A DNA stretch of 64,000 nt, taken from assembly GCA_046292385.1 (NCBI GenBank), contig JBKBRF010000003.1, positions 242,231 through 306,230 of the forward strand. Direction: 5' to 3'. This document shows positions 39,700-48,813 of the stretch, in pieces (the first letter of the stretch is position 1; the number at the start of each line of letters is the position of its first letter). This DNA is from Armatimonadota bacterium. GTDB taxonomy: Bacteria; Armatimonadota; SYMT01. Both the position numbers and the translations under genes were made by a program. The notes under the pieces are model-generated. The model was not told the origin of the DNA, ran no database searches, and saw nothing but the letters and a program-made list of their open reading frames with translations.

Positions 39700-41097
39700 A
39701 TGTCCCCCTCCTCCGAGCGCGGTACGCCCCACTACCAGGCCGACTTCCCGCCGGAGGAGCTCTCGGCCCGTCGCCGGCGCGTGGCGGCCGAGATCGGCGA
39801 CGGCGCCGTGGCGGTGCTCCGCGGCGCGCCGGCCACCGGGGCTTTCGACCTCTTCCGCCAGACCAACGAGCTCTACTACCTCTCCGGGGTCGAGGTCCCG
39901 CATGCCTACCTGCTGCTGCGGGGCGGCTCCGGAGAGGCGACGCTCTACCTGCCGCCGCACGACGCGCGCCACGAGCGGAGCGAGGGCGCGGTCCTGAACG
40001 CCGGCTACGCCGAAGAAGCCGCCGCGCTCACCGGCATCGAGCGGGTCCGGCCCCTCTCCGCCCTGGGCGAAGACCTGGCCGGCTGCCGCGCCCTCTACGT
40101 GCCGCACAGCCCCGCCGAGACCCGGCAGGCGTGCCGGGACACGCTGCGCTTCCGCGACCACCTGGCGGAAGCCGATCCCTGGGAGGCGAAGCCGGACGCC
40201 GACGGCCGGTTCCGGCAGCTCCTGCGGCAGCAGTGCCCGGACGCGGAGCTGCGCGACCTCTCCCCAATCCTCGACCGCCACCGCTTGCTCAAGAGCGAGC
40301 GGGAGCTGGCGCTGATGCGCCGGGCGGGGGAGCTGACCGCCTGGGCGGTGGTCGAAGCGATGCGCGGCACCCGGGCCGGCCTGCGGGAATTTCACCTCGC
40401 CGCCGCGGCCGACTACCTCTACCTGCTCCACGGCGCACGCGGCGGCGGCTACCGTCCCATCGTGGCGAGCGGCGCCAACATCTGGAACGCGCACTACTAC
40501 CGCAACGGGGACGAGCTGCGGGAGGGCGAGCTGGTCCTGATCGACTACGCCCCCGACTACGGCTACTACACCAGCGACATCGGCCGCATGTGGCCGGTGA
40601 GCGGCCGCTACAGCCCGGTCCAGCGGGAGCTGTACGGGTTCGTGGTCCGCTACCACCAATCGCTGCTCCGCCTGCTCCGCCCCGGGGTCACGCCGGAGCA
40701 GGTCCTGCAGGAGGCGGCCGCCGAGATGGCGCCGGTGATCGCCCCGACCGGCTTCTCGAAGCCGGAGTACCGCCGGGCCGCGGAGCGAATGCTGGAGTTC
40801 CCTGGGCACCTGTCTCACCCGGTCGGGATGGCGGTCCACGACGTCGGCAGCTACTTCGGCCGCCCGATGGAGCCCGGCCTCGTCTTCGCCCTCGACCCGC
40901 AGATGTGGGTCCCGGAAGAGGAGCTCTACGTGCGGGTAGAGGACACCGTCGCGGTGACGGCAACAGGTGTCGAGGTCCTCACCCGCGCCGCCCCCCTCGA
41001 GCTGGATGAGGTGGAGCGGGTGATGCGGGAGCCCGGCCTGCTGGACCACTACCCGCCCAACTGGCCGGTCTCGGCCGGATCCTCCCACTCCGCCTGA
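39700..41097 (+). CDS. Xaa-Pro aminopeptidase (M24B)
   Basis: FRQ....YYL.G, KS..E...MR.A, Y.SDI.R.WPV.G.., H.VG..VHD, RVED.V.VT. Confidence 0.9.
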   Translation: MSPSSERGTPHYQADFPPEELSARRRRVAAEIGDGAVAVLRGAPATGAFDLFRQTNELYYLSGVEVPHAYLLLRGGSGEATLYLPPHDARHERSEGAVLNAGYAEEAAALTGIERVRPLSALGEDLAGCRALYVPHSPAETRQACRDTLRFRDHLAEADPWEAKPDADGRFRQLLRQQCPDAELRDLSPILDRHRLLKSERELALMRRAGELTAWAVVEAMRGTRAGLREFHLAAAADYLYLLHGARGGGYRPIVASGANIWNAHYYRNGDELREGELVLIDYAPDYGYYTSDIGRMWPVSGRYSPVQRELYGFVVRYHQSLLRLLRPGVTPEQVLQEAAAEMAPVIAPTGFSKPEYRRAAERMLEFPGHLSHPVGMAVHDVGSYFGRPMEPGLVFALDPQMWVPEEELYVRVEDTVAVTATGVEVLTRAAPLELDEVERVMREPGLLDHYPPNWPVSAGSSHSA

Positions 41098-41194
41098 GAG
41101 GAGTTCGCATTTCGGTGCGCAGAACTGCTACGCTGGAACTGGCTGCACGCCGGCCTGGCGCTGGCAGTCGTTCCCGGAATGGCGAGGTGCCGCT

Positions 41195-42334
41195 GTGAAC
41201 GGTCAAGGAAACGGGGCTTCGAGGTCCGGCCTGCTATTGGAAAGCCTGCGGGTGCGAGGTTATCGACTGTTCGACGACCTCACGCTGCCTCGACTGGGCC
41301 GAGTGAACCTCATTACCGGCAAGAACAACACCGGGAAGAGCACGCTCCTGGAGGCCATCCGGCTGTACGCCTACCGCGGCTCCCCCCACGTTTTGCTGGA
41401 GATCCTGGAAGGTCGCGACGAGTTGCAGCGTCGCAGCTTCCTGTCGACGCGAGATCTAGCTGGCGCAGCCAGTGCAGTGGAGCGAGTATTTACCAGCAAA
41501 GGCACTGACGACCTGCGGTTCAGCATCGAACCAGCGACCGGAGCACCCTCCCTCTCGGTAACACTCGATCCATTTGGGTCAATCGATCAAACGTCGACTC
41601 CAGAACAGCTACCGTTGGACGGACTAGATAGCGTGGACGTACCTGACATTCGGCCCCTGCTGCGGATTCAGTGGGCCGACAGGCGGCCTCTCACATACGT
41701 GTTGGATCCCAACTACCGGCCACGACGGATGGGACAATCGGCGGAGTTCTTTGCTGGCATTCTCGCCGACATGCCGGTGTGCACCTTTGTCTCGGCCACC
41801 GGGCTGGCTGCGGACGACTTACTGCAACTTTGGAATGCCGTGGATCTGACCGCGTTAGAAGAGACCGTGGTCGAGGCACTTCGGCTAATCTCGCCTGATG
41901 TCGAACGTGTCTCTGTCACTACTTCCGAATCGGGGCGGCGTCCACTGGTTCGAGCGAAGCTCGCCGAATCGGCGGAGCCGGTATCTCTGCGCAGTCTCGG
42001 CGACGGCCTGAATCGCATCTTCGGGATAGCACTCGCGTTGGTGAACTCCCGCGATGGCTTCCTGTTAGTCGATGAGGTTGAGAACGGCATCCACTACTCC
42101 GTGCAGCCCGACATGTGGAAGCTGCTTTTCGAGGTTGCCGCGCGACTGAACGTGCAGGTCTTCGCCACGACCCACAGCTATGACTGCGTGCTCGCATTTC
42201 AGGAGGCCGCTAGGTCCCACCCAGAGGAGGGCGTGCTGGTGCGCCTGGAGCGAAAGCAGGACCGCTTCCGCGTCACGACGTTCGCCGAAGACGAGTTGGA
42301 GGTCGTCGCTCGAGAGGAGATCGAGGTTCGCTGA
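41195..42334 (+). CDS. ABC/AAA_21-like ATPase
   Basis: Walker A GKNNTGKS, signature-like SLGDG, Walker B LLVDEVENG.H, switch TTHS. Codon usage is visibly less GC-biased than flanking genes. Confidence 0.9.
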   Translation: MNGQGNGASRSGLLLESLRVRGYRLFDDLTLPRLGRVNLITGKNNTGKSTLLEAIRLYAYRGSPHVLLEILEGRDELQRRSFLSTRDLAGAASAVERVFTSKGTDDLRFSIEPATGAPSLSVTLDPFGSIDQTSTPEQLPLDGLDSVDVPDIRPLLRIQWADRRPLTYVLDPNYRPRRMGQSAEFFAGILADMPVCTFVSATGLAADDLLQLWNAVDLTALEETVVEALRLISPDVERVSVTTSESGRRPLVRAKLAESAEPVSLRSLGDGLNRIFGIALALVNSRDGFLLVDEVENGIHYSVQPDMWKLLFEVAARLNVQVFATTHSYDCVLAFQEAARSHPEEGVLVRLERKQDRFRVTTFAEDELEVVAREEIEVR

Positions 42335-42980
42335 TGCCGCGGCCGAACCCGAACCTCCTGCTCGTCGAGGGCGTGGATGACCAGCACGTAGTCTATGCCC
42401 TCTGCAAGCGCCACGCGCTACCCGAGTGCTTCGAAGTAGTGCCGCCCAAGGGCGTTCAGCGATTGCTGCAGGCGGTTCCGGAACGTCTGCAGGAGAGCGA
42501 CCGGCAGCGGGTGGGGCTGGTGCTTGATGCCGATACCGACGTGAAAGCCCGCTGGACCTCGGTTCGGAACCTGCTCATTCGGGTCGGCTATGACCCTCCC
42601 CTTCATCCCGATCCCGCCGGCACCGTCATCGCGTCGCCCGATCCGCTCTTCGCCCCAACCGTCGGCATATGGTTGATGCCGGACAACCAGGCTGCCGGGA
42701 CGTTGGAAGACTTCCTGGAGCGCCTGGTTCCGGAGAGAGATGCGCTCTTCACCCGCGCACGTCATGCGGTCGCGGCTATCCCCCGCAGGAACGCCGCTTT
42801 TCGGAGCCTCGACTGCGGAAAGCTGAGCTGCACACCTGGCTGGCCTGGCAGGAGGAGCCAGGCCAGCCGTTCGGGACTTCAATCACCGCACGGGTTCTTG
42901 ACGGTGACCGCCCGCAGGCGCGGGAGTTCATAGGTTGGCTCCGCCGGCTCTACGAGATTGGGGGTGGCTCCAGCCAGTAG
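42334..42980 (+). pseudogene. DUF3226-like (TOPRIM-like) partner protein, frameshifted in a C run at 42780-42784
   Basis: Frame 1 has LLVEG.DD, LVLDAD, GIWLMPDN..G.LEDF. The expected C-terminus (KAELHTWLAWQEEPG.PFG..IT...WLRRLY) continues in another frame; one added C restores a single ORF. Confidence 0.75.
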
Positions 42981-43092
42981 CTCCGCGGACGAGCTCGGTT
43001 ACAACGGTGAGGGCACCGACTCCGGATCCGCCAGGTGGCGTTTCCAGTCCGGAAAGGTGGAGGCGTAGGACGAAACGGGAGGTGCAGTCTCG

Positions 43093-43200
43093 CTAGTCGC
43101 CTTCCATCTGCCGCACGGAGCGGTAAACGATGCCGATCACAATCACGGCGGCGATGGCGAGCACGGCGATCTGCGGCAACGAGGGTTCCAAGGGCTCCAC
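43093..43200 (-). CDS. Putative small single-TM protein (32-35 aa)
   Basis: VEPLEPSLPQIAVLAIAAVIVIGIVYRSVRQMEGD*; AAAGGTGGAG precedes an in-frame TTG at 43191. Confidence 0.45.
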   Translation of the reverse strand: MEPLEPSLPQIAVLAIAAVIVIGIVYRSVRQMEGD

Positions 43201-43418
43201 CTTTCTACTTCGAGCGGGGTGCCCGAGGTGTAACTCTACCCCATATCGGCAAAACGCGCCCGCCGAACTGGAAACCCGCTGAGGAGCTGAGGCAGCTCCC
43301 GCGGGTCTCGGATCGCATCCGCAGCCGTGCTCCTACCGCTGCGGTCGAGAGGCACCGCCGGCATCCCGAACCGCTGCGTCCCCAGCACGTCCGCCCGCCG
43401 GCTCCCACTCAACGGCCT

Positions 43419-44822
43419 CTACCCTTCCTTCAGGGCGGAGATCAGGTCGACGACTGCCTTCTTGCCGTCCGCGAAGAGCATCAGGGAGTTCTCCGCCGCA
43501 AAGAGCGGGTTCGGGATGCCGGCGAAGCCGGGGGAGAGGCTGCGCTTGACGACCACGACCGTCCGCGCCTTGTCGACGTCGATGATCGGCATGCCGGCGA
43601 TCGGGCTGTTCGGGTTGGTGCGGGCGTCCGGGTTCACCACGTCGTTGGCGCCGAGGACGATGGCAACGTCCGCCTGCTCGATGGAGGCGTTGATCTCGTC
43701 CATGTCCTTCAGCTTCTCGTACGGGATGTTCACCTCCGCCAGCAGCACGTTCATGTGCCCCGGCATGCGGCCGGCGACCGGGTGGATGCCGAACTCCACC
43801 GCTACGCCGCGGCCTTCGAGCAGGTGGGTGAGGTCTCGGACGGCGTGCTGCGCCTGGGAGACCGCCATCCCGTAGCCGGGGATGATCACGACCCGCTGCA
43901 CGCCGTCGAGCAGCAGCGCCAGCTCGTCGACGGAGGTCGCCTTCACCTTGCCGCCGTAGACCTCGTCCGCGCTCGCAATCGTTCCCCCGGCGCCCATCCG
44001 GCCGAACATCACATTGGGGAGCGAGCGGTTCATCGCGCGGCACATGATCTGGCAGAGGATGATGCCGGAGGCGCCGACGAGCGAGCCGGAGATGATCAGG
44101 ACGTTGTTCTGGATGACGAAGCCGGTCATCGCTGCGGCGATGCCGGAGTAGGAGTTGAGCAGCGCGATCACCACCGGCATGTCGGCGCCGCCGATCGGCT
44201 GGGTGAGGGTGACTCCGAGGATCAGGGCCAGCAGGCAGATCAGTCCGTAGACCGGCACCGCGGCACCGGGGGCGACCACGATGAACGCGCCCAGCGCCAC
44301 GCTTGCCGCCAGCAGGACTCCGTTCAGCGCCTGCTGACCCGGCATGATCGCGCCGTCCGGCAGGTACTTCACGCCCTGCAGCTTGCCCCAGGCGACCATG
44401 CTCCCGGAAAAGGTGACGGCGCCGACCAGCCCGGAGGCGACCACCGCGATGAAGAACGCGGGAGCGGTCTCGGCCTCCTGGCCGCTCGCCGCCGGCCCGA
44501 GCAGCAGCGCGCCGCCCGCCACGAGGAGCGAAGCCAGCCCGCCCACGCCATTGAAGATAGCGACCATCTCCGGCATGGAGGTCATCTGCACCCGGACGGC
44601 GGCGATCCACCCAATGGCGGCACCGACCGCCAGCCCGGCGGCGATGATGCGGAAGTCGAGCGCGGAGTCGATCAGCGTCACCACCACCGCCAGCAGCATC
44701 GCGACGGCGGAGAGCAGGTTTCCGCGGGGGGCGGTGCGGGGGTGGGCCAGGCCCTTCAGCCCCATGATGAAAAGCACGGCGGCGACGAGGTAGACGAAGT
44801 CGAGGAGCGGTTTCGGCAGCAC
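43419..44822 (-). CDS. pntB: NAD(P) transhydrogenase beta subunit
   Basis: MPEMVA.FNG.GG, GGADMPVV..LNSYSG, PGYGMAV, IHPVAGRMPGHMNVLLAE, GANDVVNP. Confidence 0.97.
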   Translation of the reverse strand: MLPKPLLDFVYLVAAVLFIMGLKGLAHPRTAPRGNLLSAVAMLLAVVVTLIDSALDFRIIAAGLAVGAAIGWIAAVRVQMTSMPEMVAIFNGVGGLASLLVAGGALLLGPAASGQEAETAPAFFIAVVASGLVGAVTFSGSMVAWGKLQGVKYLPDGAIMPGQQALNGVLLAASVALGAFIVVAPGAAVPVYGLICLLALILGVTLTQPIGGADMPVVIALLNSYSGIAAAMTGFVIQNNVLIISGSLVGASGIILCQIMCRAMNRSLPNVMFGRMGAGGTIASADEVYGGKVKATSVDELALLLDGVQRVVIIPGYGMAVSQAQHAVRDLTHLLEGRGVAVEFGIHPVAGRMPGHMNVLLAEVNIPYEKLKDMDEINASIEQADVAIVLGANDVVNPDARTNPNSPIAGMPIIDVDKARTVVVVKRSLSPGFAGIPNPLFAAENSLMLFADGKKAVVDLISALKEG

Positions 44823-44843
44823 GAGCGGTCCCTCCGTTCAGCG

Positions 44844-45119
44844 TTACCGCTTCGTGCGGAACATCTCCAGCATGCGGTGGGTGACGCGAAAGCCGCCGAC
44901 CACGTTGATCGTCGCCAGCACCACGGCGGCGAAGCCGATCCAGTCGACGAGCGGAGTGCCGCGCACCAGCCACACCGCCCCGACCAGGGTGATGCCGGAA
45001 ATCGCGTTGGAGCCGGACATCAGCGGCGTGTGGAGCGTCGGCGGCACCTTGGTGATGATCTCGAAGCCGATCACGATGGCAAGCACGAACACGGTCAACC
45101 CAGCAATCAGCTCTCCCAC
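44844..45119 (-). CDS. pntAB: NAD(P) transhydrogenase alpha subunit part 2 (membrane)
   Basis: VPPTLHTPLMSGSNAISG...NVVGGF.VT.RML.MF. Confidence 0.96.
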   Translation of the reverse strand: MGELIAGLTVFVLAIVIGFEIITKVPPTLHTPLMSGSNAISGITLVGAVWLVRGTPLVDWIGFAAVVLATINVVGGFRVTHRMLEMFRTKR

Positions 45120-45219
45120 GCCGGTCCTCCTTTCCTCATCGCAACTTCGGAGCTCCGCCGGCAGTCAACTGCCGGGGAACGAGCCGCGCTTGGCAGCCTC
45201 CGTCCGCACAGACTGAACC

Positions 45220-46374
45220 CTAGACCCTAGACCCTAGCAATTCCAGTACGCGCGGATGGACGATCTCCCCGTTCCGCGTCACCAGCGTGCCGGCGATGAT
45301 CTCGTCGTCCGAGCCGACCCGCGGCTCTCCGTCTTTCATCAGGTGGAGCAGGAAGGTGACGGCGTTCTTCGCGTACATCTGGCTGGCGTGATACGGCACG
45401 GTGGAGGGGAGGTTCGTGGGTCCCAGGATCTTCACGCCGCTGTCGACGATCGTCTCGCCCGCTTGCGTCAGCTCGCAGTTGCCGCCCCGCTCCGCGGCGA
45501 GGTCGACGATGACGGAGCCCGGCGCCATCCCGCGCGCGGTATCCGCGGAGATCAGGCGCGGCGCGGGGTGGCCCGGCACGGCAGCGGTGGTGATCACCAC
45601 GTCGCTCTCCCTCACCGCCTGCGCCATGCCGGCCTGCTGCTTCAGCTTCTGCTCCGGCGTCAGCTCCCGCGCGTAGCCGCCCTGGCCCTCCGCGCCCTCG
45701 CCGAGATCGATCTCCAGGAAGCGGGCGCCCAGGCTCTCCACCTGCTCCTTCACCACGGGGCGGACGTCGAACCCGGTCACCACCGCGCCGAGCCGCTTCG
45801 CCGTCGCGATCGCCTGCAGCCCGGCGACGCCGGCGCCGACCACCAGCACCTTCGCCGCGGCGATGGTGCCGGCCGCCGTCATCATCATCGGGAAGATCCG
45901 GGGCAGCTCCGCCGCGGCGAGGAGCACCGCCTTGTAGCCGGCCAGGTTGGCCTGGGAGGAGAGCACGTCCATGCTCTGCGCGCGGGTGATGCGCGGGATC
46001 AGCTCCAGCGCGAAGAGGGCGAGGTCCCGCTCCGCCAGCGCCCGCGCCTCCTCGAAGGCGGAGAGCGGCTCCGCATGCCCGATCACCACCGCGCCGGGGC
46101 GGAAGAGCGGGAGGTCGAGCCGCCCGAATTCCGGATTGGCGCCGAGCGTGCGCACCTGCAGCACGATCTCCGCCTCGGAGAGCACGTTCTCCCGCCCCGC
46201 CACTACCTCCGCGCCCTGCTCGGCGTAGTCGTGGTCCAGAAAGCCGGCCGGCTCCCCCGCGCCGCTCTCCACCAGCACGTTCAGACCCGCCTTGCGGAGC
46301 GAGGGCACCAGGCCCGGCACCAGCGCCACGCGCCGCTCGCCCGGGTAGGTTTCCGTCACCACGCCCACGTTCAT
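45220..46374 (-). CDS. pntAA: NAD(P) transhydrogenase alpha subunit part 1
   Basis: ERRVAL.P, PRITRAQSMD.LSS, GAGVAGL.AI, DLAAE.GGNC. Confidence 0.97.
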   Translation of the reverse strand: MNVGVVTETYPGERRVALVPGLVPSLRKAGLNVLVESGAGEPAGFLDHDYAEQGAEVVAGRENVLSEAEIVLQVRTLGANPEFGRLDLPLFRPGAVVIGHAEPLSAFEEARALAERDLALFALELIPRITRAQSMDVLSSQANLAGYKAVLLAAAELPRIFPMMMTAAGTIAAAKVLVVGAGVAGLQAIATAKRLGAVVTGFDVRPVVKEQVESLGARFLEIDLGEGAEGQGGYARELTPEQKLKQQAGMAQAVRESDVVITTAAVPGHPAPRLISADTARGMAPGSVIVDLAAERGGNCELTQAGETIVDSGVKILGPTNLPSTVPYHASQMYAKNAVTFLLHLMKDGEPRVGSDDEIIAGTLVTRNGEIVHPRVLELLGSRV

Positions 46375-46475
46375 GCGCCACCCTCCTGCAGGTCAACCCC
46401 GTCGCTGCCGGGAACGGAGTCGTGCCGTTCGGCTGTTCCTGGATCGGCCCTTACGGTCCGGTTAGCACTTCACGC

Positions 46476-47126
46476 ATGCAACTCCTGCGCCGGCGAACCC
46501 TCGGCCTGCTGATCGCCCTCGCTGCAGCGGTGCTGGGAGTCGGTCTCGGAGTCTCGCGCTACGCCGCGGCGCAGCGAGCGCGGGCGACGAAATCGCTCGT
46601 CCGGGCGATCGAGAAGGATGAGAGCGCCACCCGAATCGCAGGGCTACTCGCCGCGGGAGCCGATCCGAACGCGCGCCTGCCGGACGGCAATTCGCTCCTG
46701 AGACGGGCGATGCAGCCGCGTGACCCGTCTGTGTCAGAGCTCTCACTGCACGCCGGAAAGACACCCTTGATGCTCACCCATAATGTGGAAAGTGCTCGGG
46801 CGCTCGTCGCGGCCGGAGCCAGCGTCCACGCGCGTGACAGCGCGGGAGCAACGGCGCTTCACCACGCGGCAGGCAAAAATGCGGCGTCGCTGGTCGGCTA
46901 TCTGCTGAGATGCGGCGCCAATCCGCATCAGCGGGACCGGCACGGCGAAACGCCTCTATCGATCGCCCTCACCTCACTCTACGCAGCGGTCGGCCCGACC
47001 ACTGGCCGGAAGCTCACTTCCGCGGAAGAAAGCGAGGTCCGGCAAGACGTGGCTTTCTACGCGGAAGCCGGCGTGCCGGCCGCGAAGATCGTGCTCTTCC
47101 TGCGGCGTGCCGGGGCGAGGGAGTGA
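46476..47126 (+). CDS. Membrane-anchored ankyrin-repeat protein
   Basis: N-terminal TM; GKTPLM, GATALH.A, GETPL..A, L..GA.PN repeats. Confidence 0.85.
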   Translation: MQLLRRRTLGLLIALAAAVLGVGLGVSRYAAAQRARATKSLVRAIEKDESATRIAGLLAAGADPNARLPDGNSLLRRAMQPRDPSVSELSLHAGKTPLMLTHNVESARALVAAGASVHARDSAGATALHHAAGKNAASLVGYLLRCGANPHQRDRHGETPLSIALTSLYAAVGPTTGRKLTSAEESEVRQDVAFYAEAGVPAAKIVLFLRRAGARE

Positions 47127-47133
47127 CCGGCGG

Positions 47134-48054
47134 CTACCGCGGCTCGATCAGCAGCGGGATCGGCCACTTGCGCAGCAGCAGGTAGAGCGGGATCAGGAAC
47201 GCGCAGATGATGAGGCCGCCCAGCACGCCTGCGTAGCCGGCGGCGAGCCCCGCCTCCAGCAGCGTGAGTCCCAGGAACCCGTACTGCACCGCTTCCGCCA
47301 CGGCGGGCCGGCGGGGCTCGAAGACGGCGCCGACGAACCGCGGCAGGGTGAGCGGGACGAAGAGCAGGAAGAAGATCAGGGCGTCGTTCCGGTACTCGAA
47401 GTGGGTCCCGGAGAGGTAGACGAGCAGCGCCAGCGCCGCCGCGACGTGCAGCAGCCCGGCGAAGCCGGTGGAGGGCGGCGCGCCGGGCTGGCGGCTGCCG
47501 CGCAGGACCGCCCAGCCGATCATGTAGAGCCCGAACGGGAGCGCCACGACCAGCAGCCGCTCGAACATCTCCGTGCCGGCGGAGAAGCCGAGCGCCAGGT
47601 TGACCAGGCGCGCCGCGCCGAGCACCAGGAAATTGAGGCCCCAGATCTGCTTGGCGGTGGCGGAGTAGAGCACCACCAGCACCGCCAGGCCCATCCCCAG
47701 CGCGCCGGAGCGCAGCCCCGGCACCATGGAGATCAGCATGCCGGCCACCAGCAGCGCCCAGCCCAGCGTCCACGCCGTCTGCGCCGGGATCCGTCCGGAG
47801 GGGAGGGGGCGGTCCGGCGCGCGCTGCGCGTCCGCCTCGCGGTCGAAGTAGCTCCCGAAGAGCCCCCCCGCGGCGAAGAGCAGCCCGGACGCCAGCGCCA
47901 GCACGTACGGCTTGGGCCCCGGCACCAGGCTCGCGGCGGTGGCGCCCGCCAGGCACTCCGCCACCGCGGAGACCACGACCGGCGGGTTCAACAGGGCGAA
48001 AAGATCCAGCAGGGGCGGCGGAGGCGGGCTGGTGCTGCGGCTCGAGGGTCTCAT
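47134..48054 (-). CDS. UbiA-family prenyltransferase (EboC-like)
   Basis: YFDREAD...PDRPLPSGRI motif; multiple TM helices. Confidence 0.85.
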   Translation of the reverse strand: MRPSSRSTSPPPPPLLDLFALLNPPVVVSAVAECLAGATAASLVPGPKPYVLALASGLLFAAGGLFGSYFDREADAQRAPDRPLPSGRIPAQTAWTLGWALLVAGMLISMVPGLRSGALGMGLAVLVVLYSATAKQIWGLNFLVLGAARLVNLALGFSAGTEMFERLLVVALPFGLYMIGWAVLRGSRQPGAPPSTGFAGLLHVAAALALLVYLSGTHFEYRNDALIFFLLFVPLTLPRFVGAVFEPRRPAVAEAVQYGFLGLTLLEAGLAAGYAGVLGGLIICAFLIPLYLLLRKWPIPLLIEPR

Positions 48055-48201
48055 CTTAAAGGCAAAAGTATAAAGGCTAAAGGCTAAAGGGGGAACCGGC
48101 TGTGTACAGAGCCGTCGGCCTTGAGTTGCTCGCGGTTCCGAGGTGGGAGCCGATCGCCCATTCTGCCTTTTGCCTTCTGCCCTTAACGTTCCGCCTTTGC
48201 G

Positions 48202-48264
48202 TTTTGGTTGGACTAAACCGCCTAGTTAGGCGTCATTGACGCTCAGGGGGGCCGATGATATACT
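48202..48264 (+). promoter_or_regulatory. feo promoter with candidate metalloregulator operator
   Basis: TTGACG-17-TATACT at 48236-48264. Upstream are TTTTG-N6-CTAAA (48202-48217) and the palindrome CGCCTA-GT-TAGGCG (48219-48232). Confidence 0.65.
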
Positions 48265-48336
48265 CGCTTTAAGGTTCCGCTGAACCGGGAGCGCCAGGTG
48301 GTGCCGCTGCTCCCATCCTCCACTGGTGAGCCGACG

Positions 48337-48555
48337 ATGATTGCCCTGAGCGCCGTCCGACCCGGGTCTGCCGTCCGCATCCGCAAGCTGGAGGGCCAGC
48401 CGGAGCTGTGCCTCCGCCTGCGCGAGATGGGCTTCTGCGAAGATTCGGTCATCCGGTGCCTGCAGGCGTCCCCCTCTTGCGTCTGCCTGATCCAGCACTC
48501 CCGGGTCGGCCTGAGCAGCCAGATCGCGCGCCAGATCCTGGTCGAGCCGGTCTAA
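48337..48555 (+). CDS. feoA: Ferrous iron transport protein A (copy 1, Cys-containing)
   Basis: RLREMGF...; C-terminal A.QILV; first gene of the feo operon. Confidence 0.85.
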   Translation: MIALSAVRPGSAVRIRKLEGQPELCLRLREMGFCEDSVIRCLQASPSCVCLIQHSRVGLSSQIARQILVEPV

Positions 48556-48573
48556 GGCTGCGGGAAGTAGAGC

Positions 48574-48813
48574 ATGCCCGAGAGCTCCCTGAGCCAGCTC
48601 CGCCCGGGTCAGTCGGCGAAGCTCCTCCGCGTGGAAGGCCAGCCGTCGGTGCGCCAGCGGCTGCAGGAGATGGGCCTGATCCGCGGCACTACCGTGCAGT
48701 TCGTCCGCGCCGCCCCCTTGGGCGACCCCATCGAGATCCGTGTCCGCGGCTATCACCTCTCTCTACGCCGCCAGGAAGCGGAGGCAGTGATCGTGGAGCG
48801 CGAGGGAGAGTGA
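48574..48813 (+). CDS. feoA: Ferrous iron transport protein A (copy 2)
   Basis: RL.EMGL..G...APLGDPIEI.VRGY.LSLR..EA. Confidence 0.95.
   Translation: MPESSLSQLRPGQSAKLLRVEGQPSVRQRLQEMGLIRGTTVQFVRAAPLGDPIEIRVRGYHLSLRRQEAEAVIVEREGE

Noticed and set aside
44844..46374. Split pntA as a pseudogene
   Set aside because: A two-part alpha subunit is a well-known natural arrangement, and both parts are intact with RBSs.
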